A DNA stretch of 64,000 bases. Origin: a virus (taxonomy: Duplodnaviria; Caudoviricetes). The notes under the pieces were generated by a model that did no database searches, was not told the DNA's origin, and worked only from the letters and a program-made list of their open reading frames with translations. Position 1 is the stretch's first letter. Each line of letters opens with the position of its first letter. Below are positions 9,234 through 18,780 of the stretch, in pieces. The position numbers and the translations under genes were made by a program. The DNA lies in IMG/VR virus record IMGVR_UViG_3300010011_000004, positions 21,788 through 85,787 of that record; one strand, given 5' to 3'.

Positions 9234-10354
9234 GGGCAATCCTGGTGGGAGATATCCATATTGATAATGTAAAATCAACAATAGCTAATAGCGAATCATT
9301 TCATGAGATATTCCAATTGTTTGATTTAATCAGAAATACAATGTATAAGGAAAAACCAGATTTTATTATATTTTTCGGTGATATATTTAACTCACCGAAT
9401 GCAATTACAGCTCCAGTTATGAGTATAATATCTAAGCTAATTGCTGAACTAGCTTTGGATACAGCCGTCTTAATAATAGTTGGAAATCACGATGATGTAG
9501 ATAATAAGGTATCAACGATAAAAGTCGGTGATAGGGATATAAAAGTAAGAGCATCTCTTTTGGCGCCGTTTTCTTATTATCACAATGTAGCGGTCTTTAG
9601 CTCTCCAACAGTTATTAAAATTGATAATGGAATTGAAACTGCTTTTATTCCGTATTCAACAGATATACGCCCACTTTTAGATGAAGCTGATAAAGCTTTC
9701 AGTTTAGGTGCTAAGAGGATTTTAATGGGGCATTTTGATGTATACCAAACTCCATATGATCATATGTATCGAAGAGAAGATACTTCGAACGTTCCAACTG
9801 CTGAAGAATTAATTAGACGATACAAATATGATATTGCACTGTTAGGTCATATCCATGACCCAGCTGAATATATCGTCGACGGAAAAAAAGTTAAATATAT
9901 TGGTTCAAGTCGTAATGTGGACTTTAGAAATATATGTGAGAATAAAGGAATATATTTATTTGATTTTGATACATTGGATTTAAAGTATATTGATAATCCG
10001 CACACATATATCTATAAAATTTTCACTAATTTAAAAGAGCTGAAAGATTATTGTGCTAATAATGAATTAGAAAAATTAAGCAGAACAAAGATATTATATA
10101 AATATAAAAGCGATAGAGAAGTACTTAGTGTTTCGAAACTGAAAGAATTTTTTAAATCAATTAAGTTTAATAAAACGACTGGGTCAGAAGATATCAACAG
10201 GACATCTTTACATGCAGTACATGAGTTCGAAGAACTGCTAGCTAATAATTTATTAACAGAAGAGAAATTGATCGATTATGCATTGCAGTTTAAGAAACCG
10301 CCCGTTGATGAACAAAGTACATTAGAAATAATTAAATATATAAAAAGACGGTGA
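9230..10354 (+). CDS. Mre11/SbcD-like nuclease (gp47-like)
   Basis: Metallophosphoesterase motifs GDIH, GDIF, GNHD, GHF and GHIH. Confidence 0.9.
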   Translation: MRAILVGDIHIDNVKSTIANSESFHEIFQLFDLIRNTMYKEKPDFIIFFGDIFNSPNAITAPVMSIISKLIAELALDTAVLIIVGNHDDVDNKVSTIKVGDRDIKVRASLLAPFSYYHNVAVFSSPTVIKIDNGIETAFIPYSTDIRPLLDEADKAFSLGAKRILMGHFDVYQTPYDHMYRREDTSNVPTAEELIRRYKYDIALLGHIHDPAEYIVDGKKVKYIGSSRNVDFRNICENKGIYLFDFDTLDLKYIDNPHTYIYKIFTNLKELKDYCANNELEKLSRTKILYKYKSDREVLSVSKLKEFFKSIKFNKTTGSEDINRTSLHAVHEFEELLANNLLTEEKLIDYALQFKKPPVDEQSTLEIIKYIKRR

Positions 10355-10557
10355 TAATTATGAAAGATTTCTTTACGAATGTTAGATTGAGATTATCTTT
10401 ATGGTTTATTAGAATGGCTATTTGGATTATAAATAAAAATACTTTAGAAGGAATGTCTTTAGTAATGTCTATAGATAGTTGGGCCAGATATCTTGAGCAA
10501 GCCTTTAAGGAGCAATCAGAAAATATATCTATCAATTATAAAATTCCAAAAAGATAG
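10351..10557 (+). CDS. Hypothetical protein, 68 aa
   Basis: Overlaps the SbcD stop and sits in the operon. Confidence 0.5.
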   Translation: MIIMKDFFTNVRLRLSLWFIRMAIWIINKNTLEGMSLVMSIDSWARYLEQAFKEQSENISINYKIPKR

Positions 10558-10567
10558 GAATGATTAA

Positions 10568-12370
10568 ATGAGGATAAAAAATATTAAAGTCAAAAATTTT
10601 TTGTCATTTTCTGATGCTGAATTAAATTTATTACAACATATTGATGACGATCCAGTTCTATATTTGATAGATGGTATTAATTATGATAGCGATAGTGACG
10701 ATGCCAGTAATGGTAGCGGTAAATCTGCTATAATTGGAGAAGCCATAACATACAACATCTACGGAAAAGGACTTAGAGGATCGAAACAAAAAGTTCGTCT
10801 TAATGACATGATCAAATATGGCTGTAATTATATGATGAATGAAGTAGAATATCTTATAAATACTGAGGATGGCCCTAAAAGCCTTGTCATCACAAGGACC
10901 AAACAATTAGATGGCGGCAGTTCAGTCAATGTAACAATAGATGGTGAAGAGAAGACTAAGCGAACCAAACGATTGTCAGACAAAGATATCAAATTATTCA
11001 TTAACATACTACCGGAAGTATTCTCACAAGTCATCGTATATTATAAAGACAACATCAATCTTTTGGCTATGAATTATGGTCAAAGATTAGATTTTTTTAA
11101 AAATGTCATCGATTTATCTATGATCGATGAATATTACAACAAAGTCAAAGAATTTAAAAATTTAAACGAGAAATATTTAGATCGTTTAACTCTCAATTAT
11201 AGAAATACTAAGGAAATAATAGATATTGTAGACGAAAATCGCGATAAATATAAAAGCTATTTGTTGAATAAACTTGATGAGTTAAATTCTGAATTGGAAA
11301 AATTAAACAGCCAAAAATTTGATGATATAGAGCCTCTAAAAGCTGAAATAGACAAATTTAATGAAGAATTAAATGATTTGGATAAAAAATTGGTTGAATA
11401 TCAAAGTAATGTCAGTTATATAAGAAAAAATATAGATAAAATTGAGAAGGAACTAAATAAAATTGAATCGCTGGTAGATATAGAATGTCCAACTTGTAAG
11501 CAATATGTGCCTAAAGCTCATGTCGAAAAAATTAATAATAGTTATAAAAATGAGTTAAATTCGTTTAAAGCTGAATTAGATAAGTTGCTTAAAGATATAG
11601 ATGTTATTAATGGCAGAAAAAAGGAAATTAATAAAAACAAAACTGAAGTTCAGAAGACTATAGATAAAATCAATTTTGCCAAAATATCTCATGATCAGAG
11701 CGTTAAAAATATTAATCTTGAGATTAAAAAAATAAGAAATGAAATTAAAGAACTAGAAAACAGCAATAATAATGATAATATAGATAAGAGTAAATATGAG
11801 CGAAAGTTGGAAGGCATCGAAAGAGCTATTAATTTAAGAAAAAAATGGGCGCTTTCGTGTGATTATTGGTATGATTTATTTGCTCCAAAATCTTTATTAC
11901 GCAGCGCTATCATTAGAAAATATATCAACGTACTAAGCGATATATTTGATTATTATATTTCAACTTTATATAACAATGAAATATTAAGTAAAATTGAAAT
12001 TGATAATGACGGCCAGATTGATATTTTGTTATATAAAGACAATTTTGAAACAAATTATTGGCAGATGAGTTCAGGAGAAAGAAAGAGGATCGATATAGCA
12101 ATGATTTTGTCTTTATATGAGTTTACATCTTATTTAAATCCTAACATGCCAAAGTTTCTTATATTGGACGAGATATTTGACTCTTTAGATTATCCTGGCA
12201 TAAAAGCAGTAACGGATACGCTTATCAATATGCAAAAACGACATAAAATCGATTTGTTTATAATTTCACACATTCCATTACCATTAGAAAATGTAGACGA
12301 TTCTGTCGTAGTAAAACGTATTTTGGTGACTAAAAGAGATAAGAATTCTAAAATAGAATCAATTACTTAA
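10568..12370 (+). CDS. Rad50/SbcC-like SMC ATPase (gp46-like)
   Basis: NGSGKS, coiled coil with zinc hook CPTC, signature SSGE, Walker B LILDE. Confidence 0.92.
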   Translation: MRIKNIKVKNFLSFSDAELNLLQHIDDDPVLYLIDGINYDSDSDDASNGSGKSAIIGEAITYNIYGKGLRGSKQKVRLNDMIKYGCNYMMNEVEYLINTEDGPKSLVITRTKQLDGGSSVNVTIDGEEKTKRTKRLSDKDIKLFINILPEVFSQVIVYYKDNINLLAMNYGQRLDFFKNVIDLSMIDEYYNKVKEFKNLNEKYLDRLTLNYRNTKEIIDIVDENRDKYKSYLLNKLDELNSELEKLNSQKFDDIEPLKAEIDKFNEELNDLDKKLVEYQSNVSYIRKNIDKIEKELNKIESLVDIECPTCKQYVPKAHVEKINNSYKNELNSFKAELDKLLKDIDVINGRKKEINKNKTEVQKTIDKINFAKISHDQSVKNINLEIKKIRNEIKELENSNNNDNIDKSKYERKLEGIERAINLRKKWALSCDYWYDLFAPKSLLRSAIIRKYINVLSDIFDYYISTLYNNEILSKIEIDNDGQIDILLYKDNFETNYWQMSSGERKRIDIAMILSLYEFTSYLNPNMPKFLILDEIFDSLDYPGIKAVTDTLINMQKRHKIDLFIISHIPLPLENVDDSVVVKRILVTKRDKNSKIESIT

Positions 12371-12386
12371 AAGTGAGGAGTTCAAA

Positions 12387-13019
12387 ATGACAAGATTTGA
12401 AAGCATTATCAATTACATTCTTTCATCAGATACAGATGCTAGCAAACGCGTTATTAATTTCATCGATATTGATGATACACTGTTTAAAACAGGCGCTAAA
12501 GTTAAGGTGTTAGATAAAGACGGAAATGTAGTTACTGAATTAAATTCTGAAGAATTTAATACTTACAAACTTAAACCAGGAGAACATTACGATTTTTCTA
12601 ATTTTTTAGATTCAGATATATTCTTTAATACAGCTAAACCAATAAAATCTGTTTTAGATAAAATAAATATGTTGTTGAATAATGCAAGAAACAACAGAAT
12701 AATATTTTTAACAGCTAGAGCTGATATGAAAGATAAACAAAAATTCCTCGATACATTCAGAAAATATGGTATACCAGTTGACAATAAAAATATAGTGTAT
12801 ATTGAAAGAGCTGGAAATTTAAACCTTAAACCATCAGAAGCCAAAAAAATAATAGTCAGAAAATATATTACGAATAGTGATTATGATATCGTTAGATTGA
12901 TAGATGATTCCGAAGATAATCTATCAAAATTTTTGGAGTTAAAGGAAGAATTTCCAGATAAAAAATTTGAGGCGATTAGAGTAACAAAAGATGGTAAGAT
13001 GGTCAAGTATAATAAATAG
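12387..13019 (+). CDS. HAD-superfamily phosphatase/nucleotidase
   Basis: DIDDT (motif I), LTAR (II), IDD (IV). Confidence 0.75.
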   Translation: MTRFESIINYILSSDTDASKRVINFIDIDDTLFKTGAKVKVLDKDGNVVTELNSEEFNTYKLKPGEHYDFSNFLDSDIFFNTAKPIKSVLDKINMLLNNARNNRIIFLTARADMKDKQKFLDTFRKYGIPVDNKNIVYIERAGNLNLKPSEAKKIIVRKYITNSDYDIVRLIDDSEDNLSKFLELKEEFPDKKFEAIRVTKDGKMVKYNK

Positions 13020-13033
13020 AATGGAGATCTGAA

Positions 13034-14623
13034 ATGCATAATTTGATAGGAAATGAGCTTAAACCAACAAAATTCCAAAAAAGAATAATAGATAAAGTCA
13101 AAAATAAAAATGCTCTTGTATCAATGCCTACCAATTCTGGCAAGACTATAGTGGCGTATGCTTGGGCTGATATTCTGAACAATGATTTCAGAAAAATTAT
13201 TTTTACCGCTCCGATTAAAGCCCTATCCAATGAGAGATATAAAGAGCTCATCAAAGAAGGATTAGATGTCGGGCTGATAACTGGTGATGTTAAATGGAAT
13301 CAACAGGCCCAGATACTTTGTATGACTCAAGAGATTTATTATCAATATTACTATAAAATACCAGCTCATGTAGTAATCGATGAGTTTCATTATATATTTA
13401 ATAATGAAGATAGAGCTCGCTGCTATATTGAATCTATTGCTAACAGTAATCCTAAGACAAACATGCTTCTGATGTCAGCGACATGTAGCAAACCAAACGA
13501 GATAAAAAAGCATATCGAAAAGCTGACAGATAAGAAATTTGTTTTAGCCACGTCTAATGAGAGATTAGTACCGCTCAAGATTAATCGAAAAGGAATTAAA
13601 TTGAAAGATATAAGAGATGCCATAGTGTTCTGCTTTTCAAGAAAATCTATTCATGAATTAATAGATGAATTTTATAGAGTTAGAGATAAAATACCACAAA
13701 GAGAAATAGATAAAATTAGTGAATTGGCGTCAAAGTATAATATAAATTTCTTTAATGAATGGGAAATCGGAATATCCAGATACCACGGTAAATTACTTCC
13801 AAAAGAAAAAATGTTCATTGAATATATCTACAGGAATGGATATATTGATACAGTCGTTGGAACAGATTCTTTAGCATTGGGGGTGAACTTGCCTGCTAAA
13901 TATGTAGTGCTAGCTCAGATTTATAAACCAGGTATCGGTTTTTTGAAGCCATCTGAATTCCAGCAGTTAATCGGCCGTGCCGGAAGATATGGACAGAACG
14001 AGATAGGTATTGCTACGTGGCTGAAAGATTCGCCAGTTGAAAGTAATGATGTTGATCTGAAAAGTGAGTTTAGCCGTCTAGCAGATGCAAAGCTTGAGGA
14101 CGTAAAAATAAGAGTTGGGATAGATTATCAAGCTTTGATATCTGGCAGACATCCTGAAGAAGAATTAGAATTATGCAAAAAGTATTCTTTTCCAGGTGAT
14201 ATGACAGATTATTACTCTGAATTGATATCTGCAGAATGTGAAAAAATTCATGAATATCTTGACTATGTCGTATCAAGTTACGGTAGTAGATTTTGTGATT
14301 TATATAGAAAAATTCTGTCGACATCTTATCTGCCAGAATGGAGTTTAGAGAGAAATTTACGAACAGCGGAAATATTGACAGATATATGTTTTGTAACAGG
14401 AGTAGTTGATGTAGAAGATTTAGTCGCTATGCTGGAAATTGAATTTGCATTTAAATACGTGAGTCCTGGCGAGTATCTTCATGAGCTATTGCTGATCAAT
14501 AAATGGTTAAGAAAAATATATGAATACAATGACGTCTGTTTTACTAGTATTAATTATTTAACCAATCGTATTAACGAGATTGATTATACTATATTCAGAC
14601 CAGATTTAAGTATTACTGAATAA
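13034..14623 (+). CDS. SF2 Ski2-like DExH helicase
   Basis: PTNSGKT, PIKALSNE, DEFH, SAT, LALGVNLPA, QLIGRAGR. Confidence 0.88.
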   Translation: MHNLIGNELKPTKFQKRIIDKVKNKNALVSMPTNSGKTIVAYAWADILNNDFRKIIFTAPIKALSNERYKELIKEGLDVGLITGDVKWNQQAQILCMTQEIYYQYYYKIPAHVVIDEFHYIFNNEDRARCYIESIANSNPKTNMLLMSATCSKPNEIKKHIEKLTDKKFVLATSNERLVPLKINRKGIKLKDIRDAIVFCFSRKSIHELIDEFYRVRDKIPQREIDKISELASKYNINFFNEWEIGISRYHGKLLPKEKMFIEYIYRNGYIDTVVGTDSLALGVNLPAKYVVLAQIYKPGIGFLKPSEFQQLIGRAGRYGQNEIGIATWLKDSPVESNDVDLKSEFSRLADAKLEDVKIRVGIDYQALISGRHPEEELELCKKYSFPGDMTDYYSELISAECEKIHEYLDYVVSSYGSRFCDLYRKILSTSYLPEWSLERNLRTAEILTDICFVTGVVDVEDLVAMLEIEFAFKYVSPGEYLHELLLINKWLRKIYEYNDVCFTSINYLTNRINEIDYTIFRPDLSITE

Positions 14624-14683
14624 CTATTAATAAAATTTAAATTGCAATAAAGTATATGATAGGAGGTTTAACCAACAGTAATC

Positions 14684-14842
14684 ATGAGTAGTAGAAATGA
14701 CATAGCTAAAGATCAGTTTAAAGACAAAGATAACGATTTGAGTAATATAATCACCTATGAAGATTTGATTAAAATAAAACAAACTAGATATAAAAGAAAA
14801 CACCATTATAAAAAAAGAGAATTTATGCAAAAGTATTCATAG
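14684..14842 (+). CDS. Small basic hypothetical protein, 52 aa (below ORF-track cut-off)
   Basis: MSSRNDIAKD...MQKYS, with AGGAGG upstream although spaced rather far. Confidence 0.35.
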   Translation: MSSRNDIAKDQFKDKDNDLSNIITYEDLIKIKQTRYKRKHHYKKREFMQKYS

Positions 14843-14867
14843 TTTTTAATAAAAAGAGGGAAGTAAA

Positions 14868-15290
14868 ATGAATAGAAAAGAAGCAATGTTGTGTCTATTA
14901 GCTTCTGTCAACGGTGAGCCATTTACTTCAACTCAACTTCAAAAAGCTATGTTTCTAATAGACCAAGAGATTGGAGATATAATAGAAGGAAATAGATATA
15001 ATTTCCAACCATATGACTACGGACCTTTTGATAAAGATGTCTATGCCGATATAGAAAAATTAGAAGATGAAAAATTAGCGATGATATTTGAAACTGCTAG
15101 ACACATGGTGTATTATCCAACGCCAAAAGGTATTGTTGTAGGCAAAGATTTATTGGAAGAATTACCGAAAGAAATAGCTGAATATATTAAAAAAATAGCT
15201 GAATATGTATTGAGTCGAAGCTTTAAAGAATTGGTTTTAGAAATATGTCAGGCTTATCCCGAAATGGGAAAAAATAACATTTTTAATTAA
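14868..15290 (+). CDS. Panacea/SocA (DUF4065)-like winged-helix protein, copy 1
   Basis: TQLQKAMFL...YNFQPYDYGPFDKDVY resembles the DUF4065/YwgA-type KLQKxxY...YGP motif. Confidence 0.6.
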   Translation: MNRKEAMLCLLASVNGEPFTSTQLQKAMFLIDQEIGDIIEGNRYNFQPYDYGPFDKDVYADIEKLEDEKLAMIFETARHMVYYPTPKGIVVGKDLLEELPKEIAEYIKKIAEYVLSRSFKELVLEICQAYPEMGKNNIFN

Positions 15291-15544
15291 AAATTAGAAA
15301 ACAACAGATAAAAGATGAATATTAATTGCATAGCTGTTGAACATTAATTGAACAAATTACACAGGCATTGAACATGTTGCCGTAGTGTTTTAAGCTATAT
15401 TATTAATTAATACGTAATGTAAAAGATATGAAATTAAAAATGTAGAGGCGATTTTGGTAAAGAAGGTTGATAAAATATATTGACGTGGAGGAAGTAATTA
15501 CTAGTAATTGTAAACAACAATGCATGCAATTGCTAAATTGGCTG

Positions 15545-15572
15545 TGTACTTTCCAAAAGATTGTGATATAAT
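15545..15572 (+). promoter_or_regulatory. Repeated phage promoter TGTACTTTCC...GTGATATAAT
   Basis: tgtact ttccaaaagattgtga tataat; near-identical copies at 16194 and 16565. Confidence 0.65.
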
Positions 15573-15610
15573 ATAATTAGAAGGTGATAATAATTAATGG
15601 AGGAATAAAA

Positions 15611-16087
15611 ATGGAAGAAACTACTGATAAGAAAAAGGTTGGCAAAATCGATAGGATAGATGCAATGTTATTGTTATTATCTTTTGGCGAGGGTAAACCG
15701 TTTAGTGCAAATCAGCTTGATATTGGGATGTTCTTAGTCGACCAAAAACTTGGAGATAAATACTTAAACAATAGGTATAATTTCAGGCCTGAAAAATATG
15801 GCCCTTATGATATCGTAGTTAACATCGAGGTAGAAGAACTAGTTCAAGATGGATCAGTAAAAAGAACAGAGAGAAGGAAAGGTTATAAAGGTTTTTTAGC
15901 ATTTTATCGCATAAAACCAGCCGGCGTTAGAGAAAGCGAAAAAATATTAGAAAGAACTCCGCCTAAAGCCGCAGAACAGATCAAAAAAATAGCGGAGTTT
16001 GTTTTAAGTAAAGATGATCTAGATTTAATTTATTATATCGCTAAAAATTATCCTGAGATGGGGAAATATACTCCTTTTGCACCGTAA
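15611..16087 (+). CDS. Panacea/SocA (DUF4065)-like protein, copy 2 (ATG at 15611)
   Basis: Paralog of 14868: GKPFSANQLDIGMFLVDQ...RYNFRPEKYGPYD...YPEMGK. Confidence 0.55.
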   Translation: MEETTDKKKVGKIDRIDAMLLLLSFGEGKPFSANQLDIGMFLVDQKLGDKYLNNRYNFRPEKYGPYDIVVNIEVEELVQDGSVKRTERRKGYKGFLAFYRIKPAGVRESEKILERTPPKAAEQIKKIAEFVLSKDDLDLIYYIAKNYPEMGKYTPFAP

Positions 16088-16121
16088 TAAAATTAAATAA
16101 TTAAAATTGAATAATTAAAAT

Positions 16122-16148
16122 AACACTGTCAAGGCAGTGTTATTTTTT
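16122..16148 (+). terminator. Intrinsic terminator
   Basis: aacactgtc-aag-gcagtgtt followed by a T-run. Confidence 0.6.
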
Positions 16149-16193
16149 ATATAATCTCTGTCGAATGTATATTGTATACTTACAATTTAGCTA

Positions 16194-16221
16194 TGTACTT
16201 TCCTGGAAGCAGTGATATAAT
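16194..16221 (+). promoter_or_regulatory. Repeated phage promoter
   Basis: tgtact ttcctggaagcagtga tataat. Confidence 0.65.
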
Positions 16222-16258
16222 ATAAATAGAATATGGAAGATGAAGGAGGAATTAAATT

Positions 16259-16471
16259 ATGAATACTAATATTATGATAAACGGAAAGCTACTTGATGTT
16301 AACAGTGTGGAGTTTGATGGTGTTGATTTTAAAGATTATCCAGATTTTTCTGACGTATTTGTTTTAAGTGCGGCATTTGTCGACGGAACACTATTAAACG
16401 ATGATGAAATAGATTTTATTAATAGCAATCATGATCTAGTGTATACATTGTTTATAAACCATCTATATTAA
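16259..16471 (+). CDS. Small acidic hypothetical protein, 70 aa
   Basis: Has its own promoter, RBS aaggagg and terminator. Confidence 0.7.
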   Translation: MNTNIMINGKLLDVNSVEFDGVDFKDYPDFSDVFVLSAAFVDGTLLNDDEIDFINSNHDLVYTLFINHLY

Positions 16472-16485
16472 TCAATACCAATATG

Positions 16486-16516
16486 ACCGCGGCCTTGAGC
16501 CGCGGTTTATTTATTT
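16486..16516 (+). terminator. Intrinsic terminator
   Basis: accgcgg-ccttgag-ccgcggt followed by a T-rich tail. Confidence 0.65.
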
Positions 16517-16564
16517 TATCTACATAATTAACTATAAAATTACTATATACATATATTTCAGTTG

Positions 16565-16592
16565 TTTACTTTCCTGGAAGTAGTGATATAAT
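16565..16592 (+). promoter_or_regulatory. Repeated phage promoter
   Basis: tttact ttcctggaagtagtga tataat. Confidence 0.65.
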
Positions 16593-16641
16593 ATAATTAA
16601 AAAATAGTTGAAATAATGGAAAAGATAAAGGAGGAGTAAAA

Positions 16642-16850
16642 ATGCTGAAAATTAATCACATGATTTTTATGTTGCAAGTGTAAATATTATTGTACAATCA
16701 GAAGCTGGGATTATGGGTATTGTATGGCACCGTTACCGTTTTGGATTGAAATCGATAGATTTTCAGTAGTTATTTCATCTGAGAAAGAAAATGATACTGA
16801 AGAAGTATGTAATTGTTTTCAAGAAAGACCGAGTTTTTTAGCTAAATAAT
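16642..16850 (+). pseudogene. Probable degraded small gene
   Basis: Promoter and RBS aggag precede ATG 16642, but the frame stops after 13 codons; longer open stretches continue in other frames. Confidence 0.3.
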
Positions 16851-16868
16851 AAATGGAGGTAAATAATT

Positions 16869-17318
16869 ATGAAAAAGTTATGTTATGTTATATTGTTTGC
16901 TTTAATTATACTAGTTGCACAGTCATTAATATTTAACGTTAATTGTATAAATTATATTAATGCAGCATATGCTGATACAGTGTTCGAAATCGAAGATAAT
17001 TCAGGCTACATTTTTGATGATAAAAATCCTGACATTAAGTTTTATATACCTGATTTAGCTGAATTTAATATGATGATAGTTGAGGCTGTTTTGCGCAGAA
17101 ATGATGATTATTTTAAATTACGTCCTATTGGTGATTCAACTATACAAGTGGGTGAATACACATATTATTACGTAGTGTCAGCTGGTATGGGTCAAGTGCA
17201 AGTTAAATTCTATCGTTTTCTACCGCTATTTAGTGGTAAAGGTGGAGATTCATTGATTTTAGAACTTGCGCCGGAAGGTATAGAAAAGATATTGGATATA
17301 GTTGGCGGAAATAAGTAA
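16869..17318 (+). CDS. Exported/membrane-anchored protein, paralog A
   Basis: MKK plus hydrophobic N-terminus; shares a domain with 17358. Confidence 0.7.
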   Translation: MKKLCYVILFALIILVAQSLIFNVNCINYINAAYADTVFEIEDNSGYIFDDKNPDIKFYIPDLAEFNMMIVEAVLRRNDDYFKLRPIGDSTIQVGEYTYYYVVSAGMGQVQVKFYRFLPLFSGKGGDSLILELAPEGIEKILDIVGGNK

Positions 17319-17357
17319 TAATATTAATATTACTATAGAAAGAAGGTAGATATTATT

Positions 17358-18020
17358 ATGAAAAAGATAATGTTAATTATTGTAGCATTTGTTTTGTTAA
17401 TATTGATCGGGTATATACCGAGTGCTAATGCCGAAGTGAAGTTCGTTGAATGCAAAAATAGTATTAGCTATGTTTATTCAGACGATAAACCAAATGTTAA
17501 ATATTATATACAGAATGTACCTGATTTCTTTACTTATATAATTTATGCTGTCGTTCACAGGAATGATTCTAAAGAACTTCAACTTATCGGTGATTCTATA
17601 TTTAAACATGAAGGATATTATCATAAATATGAAGTATTAGCTGGTGGTGGCGAAGTACATATATACTTCTACAGGATGCTTGATAATGATTTCGCTGATG
17701 AATTATACACTCAATTAACACAGAAACAGATACATGAAATTATGGATGCACTTGAAAAAGCAAAAAAACAATCTTCCAAATCACAACAGATTTCTCCACA
17801 GGCAGTATCTACCGCTGCTAATATGATCAGTAATGTTAAAGCTAATGACACTTATGGTACATTAGCAAATTTATCTAGACTAACATCTGGAAAAGATATA
17901 AAAAATATCATGTTAAAATATCATCCAATGCTTAGTATAAAAGACGTGTTAAATTCTGGAATTAATGAATATAATATAACTGAACTTTATACCGATATTT
18001 TAACTGTCATCGGTAATTAA
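17358..18020 (+). CDS. Exported/membrane-anchored protein, paralog B
   Basis: Signal peptide ending SANA; DDKPNVKYYI...AVVHRND...IGDS...AGGGEVHIYFYR aligns with paralog A. Confidence 0.7.
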   Translation: MKKIMLIIVAFVLLILIGYIPSANAEVKFVECKNSISYVYSDDKPNVKYYIQNVPDFFTYIIYAVVHRNDSKELQLIGDSIFKHEGYYHKYEVLAGGGEVHIYFYRMLDNDFADELYTQLTQKQIHEIMDALEKAKKQSSKSQQISPQAVSTAANMISNVKANDTYGTLANLSRLTSGKDIKNIMLKYHPMLSIKDVLNSGINEYNITELYTDILTVIGN

Positions 18021-18682
18021 TTTCTAAAGTCTTCAGCATATCTATGAATTTCTTCGTTTTTATCGACGACTATTTCTATACATTTGCCGCCAATGATATT
18101 ATTTCTAATTATAATATCAATTTCTTCTTTTAATTTTTTAAGTACTTCATTAAACAGTACTGGCTTGGAATATATTCCAACTTCACTCCATAAGCGAACT
18201 AGTTTTAATTGCCTATTTTGGCAGAGTTCGTCTTTTTTTATTTTGTCATTTAGCTGTCTTTTCTGCACAACTCTTTTGAGCGCACCTTTTTTCTTGCGAG
18301 TATAGTGAAGTACTCCATTGTATTCAATAAAAATTGGATCTGTAAATTCTACACACATATCTATCTCATATGGAGGATATACATCTTTCAGATTATGCTT
18401 TATTACGAATTGTGGATATTGTAAAGTTAGAAATGCATATATTGCTTTTTCAGTTTGAGATGAGAATTCTTCATCTGTTTTCAGAACATCGTTCGTTTCT
18501 TCAATATATGAATTCTTGCATTTCTTGCTGCAGAATTTCTTCTGCGCGTCATACTGCTTATAAAATTTCTTAAATGAGAGTGGTTTTCCGCAGTAATAAC
18601 AAACAATCGGATGTCTATCATAATTTTTTTCAAGGTCTTCAATAAAGTCAAATTTGGTACTCACATAATCAACTCCGATCAA
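18017..18682 (-). CDS. Zn-finger + Vsr/PD-(D/E)xK-type endonuclease (putative free-standing homing endonuclease)
   Basis: CYYCGK...FCSKKC zinc finger; YEIDM...IFIEYNGVLHY nuclease motif; inverted relative to neighbours. Confidence 0.6.
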   Translation of the reverse strand: MIGVDYVSTKFDFIEDLEKNYDRHPIVCYYCGKPLSFKKFYKQYDAQKKFCSKKCKNSYIEETNDVLKTDEEFSSQTEKAIYAFLTLQYPQFVIKHNLKDVYPPYEIDMCVEFTDPIFIEYNGVLHYTRKKKGALKRVVQKRQLNDKIKKDELCQNRQLKLVRLWSEVGIYSKPVLFNEVLKKLKEEIDIIIRNNIIGGKCIEIVVDKNEEIHRYAEDFRN

Positions 18683-18780
18683 GAAAATCGATCATCTAAA
18701 TAAGTATTTTGGAAAGTTATTTTTACAGCTACGATCATTTATTTTTAAATTTATAATTTAACACGAGGAGTGGTACGTAA

